Below, piece after piece: positions 56,111-64,000 of a DNA stretch of 64,000 nt. Every line of letters starts with the position of its first letter. The first letter of the stretch is position 1. The DNA is taken from IMG/VR virus record IMGVR_UViG_3300045988_120991, positions 32,001-96,000 of that record, one strand, 5' to 3'. A program made the position numbers and the translations under genes. The DNA comes from a virus. The notes beneath the pieces were generated by a model. It ran no database searches. It worked only from the letters and a program-made list of their open reading frames with translations, and had not been told where the DNA came from.

Positions 56111-56305
56111 TTATTTTTTATAAGCTAAAGCTTTCTTTTCAAACCAAGTATCAACTTTATCCTCAATGATAAGAAATTTGTTACCTATTCTTACTGAAGG
56201 GAAATCTTTTCTTTTGACAAGATCATATACAGAATTGATTCCTATTATTCCTGGATGTTGTGCATTTAGTTTTTCGTATAGTTGTTTTACTGTTATATAC
56301 TTCAT
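56111..56305 (-). CDS. xis: excisionase-family HTH DNA-binding protein (64 aa)
   Basis: MKYITVKQLYEKLN...INSVYDLVKRKDFPSVRIGNKFLIIEDKVDTWFEKK fits the winged-helix excisionase/MerR-like HTH_17 pattern. Adjacent to int and the attP-like spacer. Confidence 0.7.
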   Translation of the reverse strand: MKYITVKQLYEKLNAQHPGIIGINSVYDLVKRKDFPSVRIGNKFLIIEDKVDTWFEKKALAYKK

Positions 56306-56378
56306 TATATCATCTCCTTGAATATTTTTAATGAAATATGGAAAATATTAAAATAGTTGCATTGTTATATATAAATTT

Positions 56379-56411
56379 ACGGGGCTACTGGTTTTATTCC
56401 AGTAGTCCCGT
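56379..56411. terminator. strong hairpin between dut and xis (orientation ambiguous)
   Basis: ACGGGGCTACTGG (56379-56391) pairs with CCAGTAGTCCCGT (56399-56411) in 13 bp with one G-U. The T-run is better on the plus strand (ATTTTTTATT) than on the minus strand (AAATTTAT). Confidence 0.55.
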
Positions 56412-56427
56412 ATTTTTTATTTAATTG

Positions 56428-56883
56428 TTATACACCTGTAGAACCAAACCCACCATTTCTAGTAGATGTAGCATCGTCATCGTCCGTCATTAAATATTTA
56501 ATAAACATACCCTGTCCAATGCGATCACCTATATGAATTGTATAAATGGTTTTGCCAAGATTGAATAGTCTAAATCCAATATTTCCATCGTTATCAGGAT
56601 TGTTTGCATAGTCACTTTCAATCCACCCTTGGGTATTTGCAATCATTACTGGCTGTTTACCCATAGAACTACGAACATTGATAAGTAAAGCCTCGTCATT
56701 CTCAAAAATTGCTTTAACATCTGTCCAAATCATTTGAGAACACATTGGCTCAATGTCCACACTAATTGGACTATAGAAGTCATATGCGATACTATTCTTT
56801 GTAGCACGAGTGGGGAGTTTAATGTCTCCACTATTTTTCCTGTGTTTGTCTTTAACTACTTCAAAGTGTCTCATTAGAACCAC
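56428..56883 (-). CDS. dut: dUTPase (trimeric dUTP diphosphatase)
   Basis: All five motifs are recognisable: IAYDF, VRSSMG, GWIESDY...DGNIG, GDRIGQGMF and RNGGFGSTG. Confidence 0.9.
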   Translation of the reverse strand: MVLMRHFEVVKDKHRKNSGDIKLPTRATKNSIAYDFYSPISVDIEPMCSQMIWTDVKAIFENDEALLINVRSSMGKQPVMIANTQGWIESDYANNPDNDGNIGFRLFNLGKTIYTIHIGDRIGQGMFIKYLMTDDDDATSTRNGGFGSTGV

Positions 56884-57230
56884 CCGCCAAGTAGCTTAGA
56901 TAGAGCAGGAAAATCATCGAAATAATGAGATTCTCCAAGCTGTATGGAGCCATAATCCTTACAATAGTCATTTATAAGTTCTACTAGTTCCTTATACTTC
57001 TTTTCAATTTCAGCCTTACTAGCAGCCTTCTTTCTATCTTTCATTTCCTTCTCTAGCTTTTCCTTAGCCTTCTTTCTCTCTGCAATACACTTAGTCTCAC
57101 AAGCCGCACGTTCACCAACTGTCTTATAAGACTTTCCACAGATTCCACAATGATACAGTGGCTTATCAGATAGATTCTTATCGCCATAATTTGAAGCAAA
57201 AGTCTTGTTAATGTTGTCATTATTATTCAT
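56874..57230 (-). CDS. hypothetical zinc-finger / coiled-coil protein (118 aa)
   Basis: Contains HCGICGKSYKTVGERAACETKC followed by a K/E-rich helix. Overlaps the dut start by 10 nt (same operon). Confidence 0.5.
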   Translation of the reverse strand: MNNNDNINKTFASNYGDKNLSDKPLYHCGICGKSYKTVGERAACETKCIAERKKAKEKLEKEMKDRKKAASKAEIEKKYKELVELINDYCKDYGSIQLGESHYFDDFPALSKLLGGWF

Positions 57231-57259
57231 AATATCAATCCTCCATTAATTTTGTATTA

Positions 57260-58729
57260 TTAACCACAGTGGCTATACCCACATGATTTACAAATGTCAC
57301 ATCCGCCTTCGTGCTCAAGCGGTTCTCCACACTCTGGGCATCTCCCGTCATTTTCAGTAACCATCTTAACATCATTAGAGACTCTAGGTTTATCGCATTC
57401 AGCCTCGGAACCTGTGTCATAGGTATCATCAATTTCATCTTGCATCTCCTTCCACATGTCTACAAGAGCATTTCCAATAGCCATAGGACAACAAGAACCT
57501 TTTGATGTGTCGTGCTTTGTAGCTGTTCTTGCCGCGTAGCTTGGGCATACACCGGTTGAATCTAGCTGGTCTTTAATTGTCATGATGTCAACACCGGCTC
57601 TACATAGCAATGATATTGTACGGCTTAAACCAATCATAAAATTGGCACATCCTCCACTGCTTCCTTTGTTGAAATAAACTTCTTGTAAATCACCATTATA
57701 TGGATCAAAGAAGGCCAATACATGAAGACTTCCGCATCCAGTAGTCAGCTTACGCTTTTTACCAACAAGGTCATCGGAACAGTTCATGATTGCACCACGA
57801 GGAATAGATTCTTCTGTCTGAATTTCTTCTTTGTTTTTATCTTCTACAATCAATACACCTTCACGCTTACAGCCAGAACGATAAATTGTAATACCTTTTA
57901 GACCATTCTTCCAAGCGGACATATAAATGTTTTTAACATCATCAATCGTCGCTTCGTTTGGTAGATTTACAGTAGAGCTAATACTTGCGTCAATACCCTT
58001 TTGCCAAGCAGCCTGCATAGCTACACGTTTGTTATAGTCAATTTCGGAAGAATCAACAAACCAATCAGGGAATTTATCGTTGACAGTAAGTCCGTGTTCG
58101 TCTGCATACTTTTGATAAATAGGGGTAAGCACATCATAGTACTGCGTTGTTTCGTGCAGAGATTCTGTCTTACGCCTGTAGCTCTTTGCGAAAATAGGCT
58201 CAATACCACCACTGATTCCAAGCATCGTTGAGATGGTTCCGGTTGGAGCAATGGTTAGAAGTTGACTATTGCGTAGACCATAATTATCAACCATGTTTCT
58301 TGTTAGGGTGTCTGCATTTGCTCTAAAGAATGGGGTATCAATTGTTGCATTTGTATATTTAGGATATATACCCTTTTCACAAGCTAAGTGAGAAGAAACA
58401 TAAATTGCGTGGTTGGCCATTGCCATAGAAATATCACGGCAGTGTTCGATTGCCTCGTCACTATCATAACGTAAATGCATCTTGATGAGCATATCAGCAA
58501 CGCCCATAACTCCTAAGCCAACCTGTCTCCAGTCTCTTACGCTATCTCTTTGCTCTTGTAATGGATGTAGAGGAAGTCCTTCATCTAGAACCTCATTTAA
58601 GTATCTAATACCAATATCTACTGTATCGTAGAAATCATCATACATAAAATTGCCATAATCATCTACAAAGGCAGACAGATTAATTGATGCTAGGAGACAG
58701 CTCCCCCCTGCGGGTAATGGTTCTTCTGC
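57260..58729 (-). CDS. nrdJ: class II (B12-dependent) ribonucleotide reductase NrdJ, exon 2 (489 codons)
   Basis: The reading frame is open upstream of the track's ATG (58645) back to 58729, where it reads AEEPLPAGGSCLLASINLSAFV. This continues the TNPC active-site motif that ends exon 1. The C-terminus has the Zn-ribbon tail CPECGEPLEHEGGCDICKSCGYSHCG typical of NrdJ. Confidence 0.85.
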   Translation of the reverse strand, partial: AEEPLPAGGSCLLASINLSAFVDDYGNFMYDDFYDTVDIGIRYLNEVLDEGLPLHPLQEQRDSVRDWRQVGLGVMGVADMLIKMHLRYDSDEAIEHCRDISMAMANHAIYVSSHLACEKGIYPKYTNATIDTPFFRANADTLTRNMVDNYGLRNSQLLTIAPTGTISTMLGISGGIEPIFAKSYRRKTESLHETTQYYDVLTPIYQKYADEHGLTVNDKFPDWFVDSSEIDYNKRVAMQAAWQKGIDASISSTVNLPNEATIDDVKNIYMSAWKNGLKGITIYRSGCKREGVLIVEDKNKEEIQTEESIPRGAIMNCSDDLVGKKRKLTTGCGSLHVLAFFDPYNGDLQEVYFNKGSSGGCANFMIGLSRTISLLCRAGVDIMTIKDQLDSTGVCPSYAARTATKHDTSKGSCCPMAIGNALVDMWKEMQDEIDDTYDTGSEAECDKPRVSNDVKMVTENDGRCPECGEPLEHEGGCDICKSCGYSHCG

Positions 58730-59623
58730 CTTGGTGAACCATAAACCATAGACTATATCTTATCCCTCAGCATTATCTGTTAGGGTAATCGCACTTTGTA
58801 AATTTTTTTGGAGATTCCACATATTATCACTCATCCATTTTGGCTGGTATTCATACCCAAGATATAATTTGTACATCATTGTATCTACCATATATGGATA
58901 AATTAAATTAATAAACTTTTCATAACTACTTTGACTAACTCTCAGACGATAAAACTTTCCACGTTTAACAATAGATGTTTGTATGTCAAATCTTTTATTA
59001 AACATATCCTTCATTGATTCTATTACATTTAAACTATATCTATCTGTACAAAAATCAATTCTACGATTTTTAATAACACCTTTTGTTCTACCAACAAGAC
59101 AAACATATCCATCACACATATACCAATTAGCAATACCATTTGGTGTAATCCAACTAAGTGCTTCTTTGGATGCAATTCTATTTTTATAATCATCATAGAA
59201 ATGGTGATATTTTTTATTAAAATACGGATGTGCTTTAATTCTTAATGTCCATGATTCTTTGTGATTACATCCGCATCTTTCATGTGCTAGAATATGTTTA
59301 ATGTTTATTTGAAAGTTTGTACAAGATTTAATATCATTTTTAATTTTATCTATAAAGTTTTTATCAACGCTTTTTATTTCAAAAGCTCTTTTAGTTATTC
59401 CTTTATCAATGCAACCGTCTCCAAAAATCAGTCCCGTCAAATATCCTTTTAACTCTGAACTATTCATACATTATAGCCTCCTATAATTTTGTATGTATTA
59501 AATTTACATTAGTCGTTGAACCTTCCTATCTTACATAGGCTTGGCTGCTGATTAACCTTCGTCTTCCAGCAATTCACGATTGATTATTTCTTAAAGTTTC
59601 CTTTAAGCCCTGCACAGATGCTT
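58730..59623 (-). mobile_element. group I intron (894 nt) carrying a LAGLIDADG homing endonuclease ORF
   Basis: Exon 1 ends CCCUGU. An intron internal guide GCAGGG, 10 nt downstream, pairs with it, including the U-G wobble at the splice site (P1). The adjacent UCUGU pairs with the exon 2 start GCAGA (P10). The last intron base is G (58730). Joining the exons restores TNPC|AEEPLP in frame. Confidence 0.8.
58760..59467 (-). CDS. intron-encoded LAGLIDADG homing endonuclease (235 aa)
   Basis: AGGAGG RBS inside the intron. Two LAGLIDADG motifs are present: LTGLIFGDGCI and IANWYMCDGYV. Confidence 0.85.
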   Translation of the reverse strand: MNSSELKGYLTGLIFGDGCIDKGITKRAFEIKSVDKNFIDKIKNDIKSCTNFQINIKHILAHERCGCNHKESWTLRIKAHPYFNKKYHHFYDDYKNRIASKEALSWITPNGIANWYMCDGYVCLVGRTKGVIKNRRIDFCTDRYSLNVIESMKDMFNKRFDIQTSIVKRGKFYRLRVSQSSYEKFINLIYPYMVDTMMYKLYLGYEYQPKWMSDNMWNLQKNLQSAITLTDNAEG

Positions 59624-61570
59624 ACAGGGATTAGTACCAGCATATTCAAAATCTGGGTTATTACTTAGTAAATTATAATTTTCAATGTTATTCCAAAATA
59701 GAATACCTGGTTCTGCCCAGTTCCAATTGTTCTCACATAGCTTATCAAAAATATCTCTTGCTTTTGCAGTCTTTGTGATTGTTTCACCAGTTTCTGGACG
59801 AGTAAAAGACATTACCCAATCGGTATTATCTTCGACCGCTTGCATAAAATCATCTGTTACACGTACAGAGATATTAGCTTTAGTAACACTGTTCTCTTTA
59901 GTCTTGATGTCAATAAAGTCCATTAGGTCTGGATGATGACAATCAAGGCTAATCATTAAAGCTCCTCTGCGGCCATTCTGACCGATCTCCTCAGTTGTCT
60001 GACTGTAGCCCTGCATAAAACTTACAGCTCCACTAGTCTTTTCTGCTTGATTATGGACCTTTGCACCAGCGGGGGCAAGCTTAGAAATGTCGATTCCACA
60101 GCCTCCACCATACGAATATGTTCTTGCTAGCTTCTTACGACTTTCAAAAATAGACTCAATATTATCCTCTGGAGGAGCAATAACATAGCAATTATGAACA
60201 ATAACACCATTTACATTATATGTATGCGTGTCTTCTACAGATAAGTTGTATACTTTGCAGTGGCAATCTTCAGATATGCTAATTGAACTTAGAGCCGCAT
60301 ACTCAAAATCGCCACGTACATCAAGGTTATTTCTTCCATCACTATATTGTTTAGATAATAGTGGATTTAAAAATTTATTAGAAATAGCTACCCCGACACG
60401 AAATTCATATGTATCGGCTTGACGCTCTACAGAATGAATAGGAGATGCGTTAATACCATTCATCCACATTGTATAATATAGCCAATCAATTAATTTACGA
60501 TTTTTTAGCACAATACGAAATGCACCGTGTGTGTCGAGCGTACCATCTGCGTCACATAGTCCGACCATCATTGGAACACAACCAAGATATTCGTTAGGAA
60601 CAAATTTGCCGTCGCATTTTTCTCCAAAATGGTTAACAAACCAAGATGCTATAATTTCACTTTCAAACCTTAAAGCAATAACATTCTGATTGGTTTCACG
60701 ATAAGATGCATGAATACCAAAAACATTTTCACCAATAGACTTACAACGTTCAAATGCATCACGCTCTGTGGTTGCGTTGAATACGATTTGTAGAATAGAT
60801 GGATTTTTATAACCACGGCGTGCCGTTATACTACCATCACCCAACCAACGACCAATAAAATATGCAAAATCATCATCAAATACCCACTCAGCACGTACAG
60901 AATTGCCTCTATGCTGATATGTTGTAGTTCCGCGGTCATTTACAAGCGTATAAATTTGAGCCATTCCGTCTTTTACTTCAACCTTGCTATTGTCTCTAGC
61001 CTTAAATCCATCAAGAGCGGATACAATCTTTGGCGTAAACTTAATCATATGGTGTTGTGCCATCTTAATTTTATCCTGTGCTTTAATTTGCTCAGAACAA
61101 GCAAGTATACGGTCTGCTCGTTTCCAACCGTGGTTTGTCAAAATTTTATGATTCGGAGTACATTTGATTGGTTCCATAAAATTTATACTTTCAAGACAAT
61201 AAATATCTCCAGTATATTCACGACACATAATGTCATTTACACGATGAAACTGTTCATCATGAGATAGCACCATGTCTCCAATAGCAATATCTTCAATGTT
61301 TTTAAATCCGTCAATCGTAAGTACTTTGGAACCAGCCATAAAACAATTTGAGTATGTAACCCTAGTGTCTTTAATACCTCGGTTGCTAAGAATACGACCA
61401 CCAGGAACAAACTTCTTGCTGATAATTGCATTTTTTACTCTCTTGTTGCCGCCGCTTACTCTGTCTAGCCATTCATCAAATGACTCTTCACCCTTACGAT
61501 ATTTTCTCATCCAAATATCAATACCGAGTAGGTTGTCTTTCCCTAGCCACTGTTCTACTGTCATAGGCAT
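59624..61570 (-). CDS. nrdJ: NrdJ exon 1 (264 extein codons) including an in-frame 385-codon intein
   Basis: The N-terminus reads MPMTVEQWLGKDN...FDEWLDRVSGGN...FVPGGRILSNRG...TYSN. After the intein it resumes CYVIAPPEDNIESIF...YGGGCGIDIS...AGTNPC. The track ORF's last residues, KHLCRA, are intron read-through. Confidence 0.85.
60191..61345 (-). mobile_element. intein (385 aa) with LAGLIDADG homing endonuclease domain
   Basis: Starts CFMAGSKVLTIDG (Cys1, Hint N-terminal block) and ends GVIVHN, followed by the +1 Cys (CYVIAPP). The internal motifs FIGRWLGDGSI and MMVGLCDADGTL are LAGLIDADG blocks. Removing it restores the conserved TYSN|CYV RNR sequence. Confidence 0.85.
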
Positions 61571-62271
61571 CTCTCCTTATCAATAATTTCTTTAAGTTGC
61601 TTCTTAGTTGGATATGCGCCACAAGATTTTTTGCCCTCGGGACACCATAGTAAATACTGACACTCTGGCACAAGTCTAGATTCAAGGTTTGGCAAAATCC
61701 TAACAACCTCTTTCTTCATTTCTACTGCCAACTGACGAATAATATCCTCTGCACGAGAACATAGTCTTTTATGCATAAAGTGGATTAATCCTTCGATGGT
61801 AAAACCAATTACAAAAGCAGTATGTGTTGAAATAGGTAATACATATCTCGCCTGTTCATTTGCTCTTTCTTGTGTCTTGCCCTTAGATAAAACATAAGAT
61901 TGAATATCTTCATATAGGCTCATTGTGTCTTGCATATGCTTATCATACTTTGCTAGTAGTTCAGGATTATCAGTAATTTCTACTGGTACTTCATATGAAA
62001 AACAATCCTTATCTACATAGCGAAACGACTGGACGTTTTTGAACACCCCAATCTCATGTCGCACTGCTTGGTCAACAGTGAAGCGAGGAATGTCTGTAAC
62101 TAAAAACTTGATAAAGTCGCCACGACTACCACTAAAATGCCCATTTGCCATACAACCTTTACCAATTGGAGTTGGATCATCTGTGTGAGTATTATAACAA
62201 ATTGCACTTGTTTCACCCCAATTGGTGAATAGTTTTGATACGGCATCTGGATTTAAAATTTTTACATTCAA
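61561..62271 (-). CDS. thyX: ThyX-like flavin-dependent thymidylate synthase family protein (non-canonical signature)
   Basis: GHFSGSRGDFIKFLVTDIPRFTVDQAVRHEIGVFKNVQSFRYV aligns to the ThyX GH.S..E / ..SR...Q..RHR.......S.RY region, but reads RHE instead of RHR and has one extra residue. The C-terminal ARYVLP...FMHKRLCSRAEDIIRQLA is also ThyX-like. Confidence 0.7.
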   Translation of the reverse strand: MNVKILNPDAVSKLFTNWGETSAICYNTHTDDPTPIGKGCMANGHFSGSRGDFIKFLVTDIPRFTVDQAVRHEIGVFKNVQSFRYVDKDCFSYEVPVEITDNPELLAKYDKHMQDTMSLYEDIQSYVLSKGKTQERANEQARYVLPISTHTAFVIGFTIEGLIHFMHKRLCSRAEDIIRQLAVEMKKEVVRILPNLESRLVPECQYLLWCPEGKKSCGAYPTKKQLKEIIDKERCL

Positions 62272-62837
62272 CTCTTCATCAACTCCTCGTCATTCTTGTA
62301 AAATTCTTCTACCGCAGCGACAATCTCGTCCCAATTTGTACAACGCTTAATGCCATAAACTTCATCATGCGTGTTTCGGTTCCAAGGATAATCCATAACA
62401 ATCCTATCATAATATGGCTTTGCCAAAAGATTTTGTAGATTATCTTCAATCATAACATCACATCTGAAATACTCTTTGTACTTCATTGCAACAATGTGAA
62501 ATTCATCAATAAATGGGAAATAATGTTTAATAAAGGCAACCTTTTCTCCATATGTATTAGGGATTGCATCTGTGACAATAAATACGTTATGACCATTATC
62601 AATAAGTTTTCTGATGCCGTTTTGTGCTCCATCAATTGGTTTAATTGTCTCATATAGACCAGATTCACCGTAAATGCTCTTAAAGTCTATGGCTTCTTGT
62701 ACAGGTAAATTATTTTCAATATTGTAATCAGTAAAATCATCTAAAGTATAATTCTTATTGTATCTACTATTAAAGATTTCAATTACACGCTCTTGTAACA
62801 TACATATTACATTATCACAATCAACAAGTACTACCAT
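62268..62837 (-). CDS. 5'(3')-deoxyribonucleotidase (NT5C/HAD family)
   Basis: ATG 62837 lies 5 nt after GGAGGG; the track's upstream start at 62900 is rejected. MVVLVDCDNVICML carries the HAD DxDxV nucleophile motif. Size and layout match phage NT5C-type nucleotidases. Confidence 0.65.
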   Translation of the reverse strand: MVVLVDCDNVICMLQERVIEIFNSRYNKNYTLDDFTDYNIENNLPVQEAIDFKSIYGESGLYETIKPIDGAQNGIRKLIDNGHNVFIVTDAIPNTYGEKVAFIKHYFPFIDEFHIVAMKYKEYFRCDVMIEDNLQNLLAKPYYDRIVMDYPWNRNTHDEVYGIKRCTNWDEIVAAVEEFYKNDEELMKS

Positions 62838-64000
62838 CTTTGCCCTCCGTTCCTCCGTTAATTTTGTACTGTACAATATAATCAGACCAATTAGTGCCAT
62901 TATCGTTGAATAGCAGAGAATAGAAGATGGCCACCAAACAGGATGTTACGATAGAATTACCAGCCTGTTTATAAAGGGCAGAGTCACTCACATATTTAGA
63001 GGCACGATTGCAATCCTCATCAGAGAAGCTCATCAATCTCCAGCACTCGGTTGGGGTTAATTTTCTAATCCTCCACTTAACATTATCCACTACAAGTGGC
63101 TGTCTATTGCCGCCTTGTGCGGTCATAATAGTGGGAGAAACGGAATCCTGATCCCACACATTACCAGCATATCCAGTACCAAACTGTTTGCCATAGATGT
63201 TCCCAATTCTCACAGGATTGACATCCTCGTCTTTAACTAAAACTTTTGGTTCGGTATTACCACCGCTACCGACTCCACATAAAGTTGGAGATATCCCATC
63301 TGCATCATACACTCTTCTGCGAATTTCATGCCCGTTCCCGTCAATAGTTCCAATTTGTGTCAGTTCTGGCTCAATTACTCTCTTGTCGCCACAAGCATCA
63401 ATAGTACGAAGAGTGCCAACAACATCATCCTTGAAGAATCTTAGTCCTTCATCATAACGCTGCTCACAAACGACAGGCTCCATTACATAATTATCCTTGG
63501 CAATAGTAGTAATCGTATTGGTAACTCCATTCGTATTGGCTTCAAGTCTCTGCTCAGTAGGAGAACCAGTAGTTCTGTCTGATGGATTTTTTGGATTGCG
63601 ACCACGAGAAGCTACAATGAATGGCTCAACATTTTCTGAAACAATAATCTTTTCGTTTTGTCCACAAGTAATTGTTGGAGAAATGCCATTTTCTAAATAA
63701 CATCTATTACTCTTCTCAAATACTCCAAGTCTTTCCTCAAATGTAGTGATGCTTTCATCAAAGTCATCTGTTGTAATATTGAGAAGTTCTTTTAGGCTCA
63801 TCCACACATCTGGAGACGGAATGCTAAAGCATTCATCGGTTCTAAACCAATGCTCTACTGTTGTCAAAGATTGGTCGAGTTTTTCTGCAATATCTTTATT
63901 GGTAAATGATGACTTAGATTTTGCATCACGAAGTAGCTTTTGAAGAGCATCTATGTCTACTTCGTGCTTTCTAACATTGACCGTTTGTGGTACTTCAACC
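62821..64000 (-). CDS. DNA (cytosine-5) methyltransferase, C-terminal part (5' end lies beyond the window)
   Basis: The frame stays open from 63867 up to the window edge. The C-terminal motifs are RKLTPTECWRLMSFSD (motif IX) and YKQAGNSIVTSC (motif X). The long variable region contains several T-[IL]-containing TRD-like blocks. An HTH-like stretch (NKDIAEKLDQSLTTVEHWF) lies upstream. Confidence 0.8.
   Translation of the reverse strand, partial: VEVPQTVNVRKHEVDIDALQKLLRDAKSKSSFTNKDIAEKLDQSLTTVEHWFRTDECFSIPSPDVWMSLKELLNITTDDFDESITTFEERLGVFEKSNRCYLENGISPTITCGQNEKIIVSENVEPFIVASRGRNPKNPSDRTTGSPTEQRLEANTNGVTNTITTIAKDNYVMEPVVCEQRYDEGLRFFKDDVVGTLRTIDACGDKRVIEPELTQIGTIDGNGHEIRRRVYDADGISPTLCGVGSGGNTEPKVLVKDEDVNPVRIGNIYGKQFGTGYAGNVWDQDSVSPTIMTAQGGNRQPLVVDNVKWRIRKLTPTECWRLMSFSDEDCNRASKYVSDSALYKQAGNSIVTSCLVAIFYSLLFNDNGTNWSDYIVQYKINGGTEGKDGSTC

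Noticed and set aside
57235-57438. 67-aa minus-strand ORF overlapping the 3' end of nrdJ exon 2 in another frame.
   Set aside because: It is fully nested in the conserved NrdJ C-terminal coding region and has no RBS.
59603-59623. The C-terminal KHLCRA-stop of the 655-aa track ORF, taken as the true end of a truncated RNR or as evidence of a pseudogene.
   Set aside because: These codons are intron read-through. The conserved RNR sequence resumes in frame at 58729, and the P1/P10 pairings support splicing.
1-64000. Stop-codon reassignment or an alternative genetic code, as seen in some gut phages.
   Set aside because: Very long ORFs (18.1, 6.9 and 4.9 kb) are open under the standard code. Genes end at ordinary TAA/TGA/TAG codons followed by an RBS or a terminator. 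There are no in-frame stop clusters in conserved domains.

Overview
The window is almost entirely a temperate, low-GC siphovirus-type phage or prophage segment. Codon usage and the CW_7-type endolysin point to a Firmicutes/Clostridia host. All functional calls rest on motif recognition by eye and on gene context; no searches were run.

Plus strand, 1 to 54.3 kb (late genes):
- a putative major structural gene;
- about 14 consecutive fibre/adhesin-like genes (3.2-24.5 kb), including a 2,316-aa multidomain adhesin with CotH-like, LRR, Listeria-Bacteroides-repeat and LamG-like parts;
- a lysis cassette (amidase endolysin plus two holin-like genes) and a RuvC-like resolvase;
- a single 18.1-kb ORF encoding a 6,035-aa tape-measure-type protein;
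- a Dit-like gene, a 1,630-aa Tal-like gene carrying about 10 tandem 50-aa domains, and a fibre with a C-terminal S74 intramolecular-chaperone domain.

Minus strand, 54.3-56.3 kb (lysogeny region):
- a small ribbon-helix-helix ORF that falls below the ORF-track cutoff;
- a tyrosine integrase;
- a repeat-rich attP-like spacer;
- an excisionase.

Minus strand, 56.4-64 kb (nucleotide metabolism and DNA modification operon):
- dUTPase;
- class II RNR nrdJ, interrupted by both a group I intron (with a LAGLIDADG ORF) and an in-frame LAGLIDADG intein;
- a ThyX-like protein with a non-canonical signature;
- a 5'-deoxynucleotidase;
- a C5 DNA methyltransferase with several TRD-like blocks, truncated by the window edge.

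No rRNA, tRNA or CRISPR array was seen. The most unusual items are the giant tape-measure gene, the scale and modularity of the fibre gene supercluster, and the doubly invaded nrdJ.
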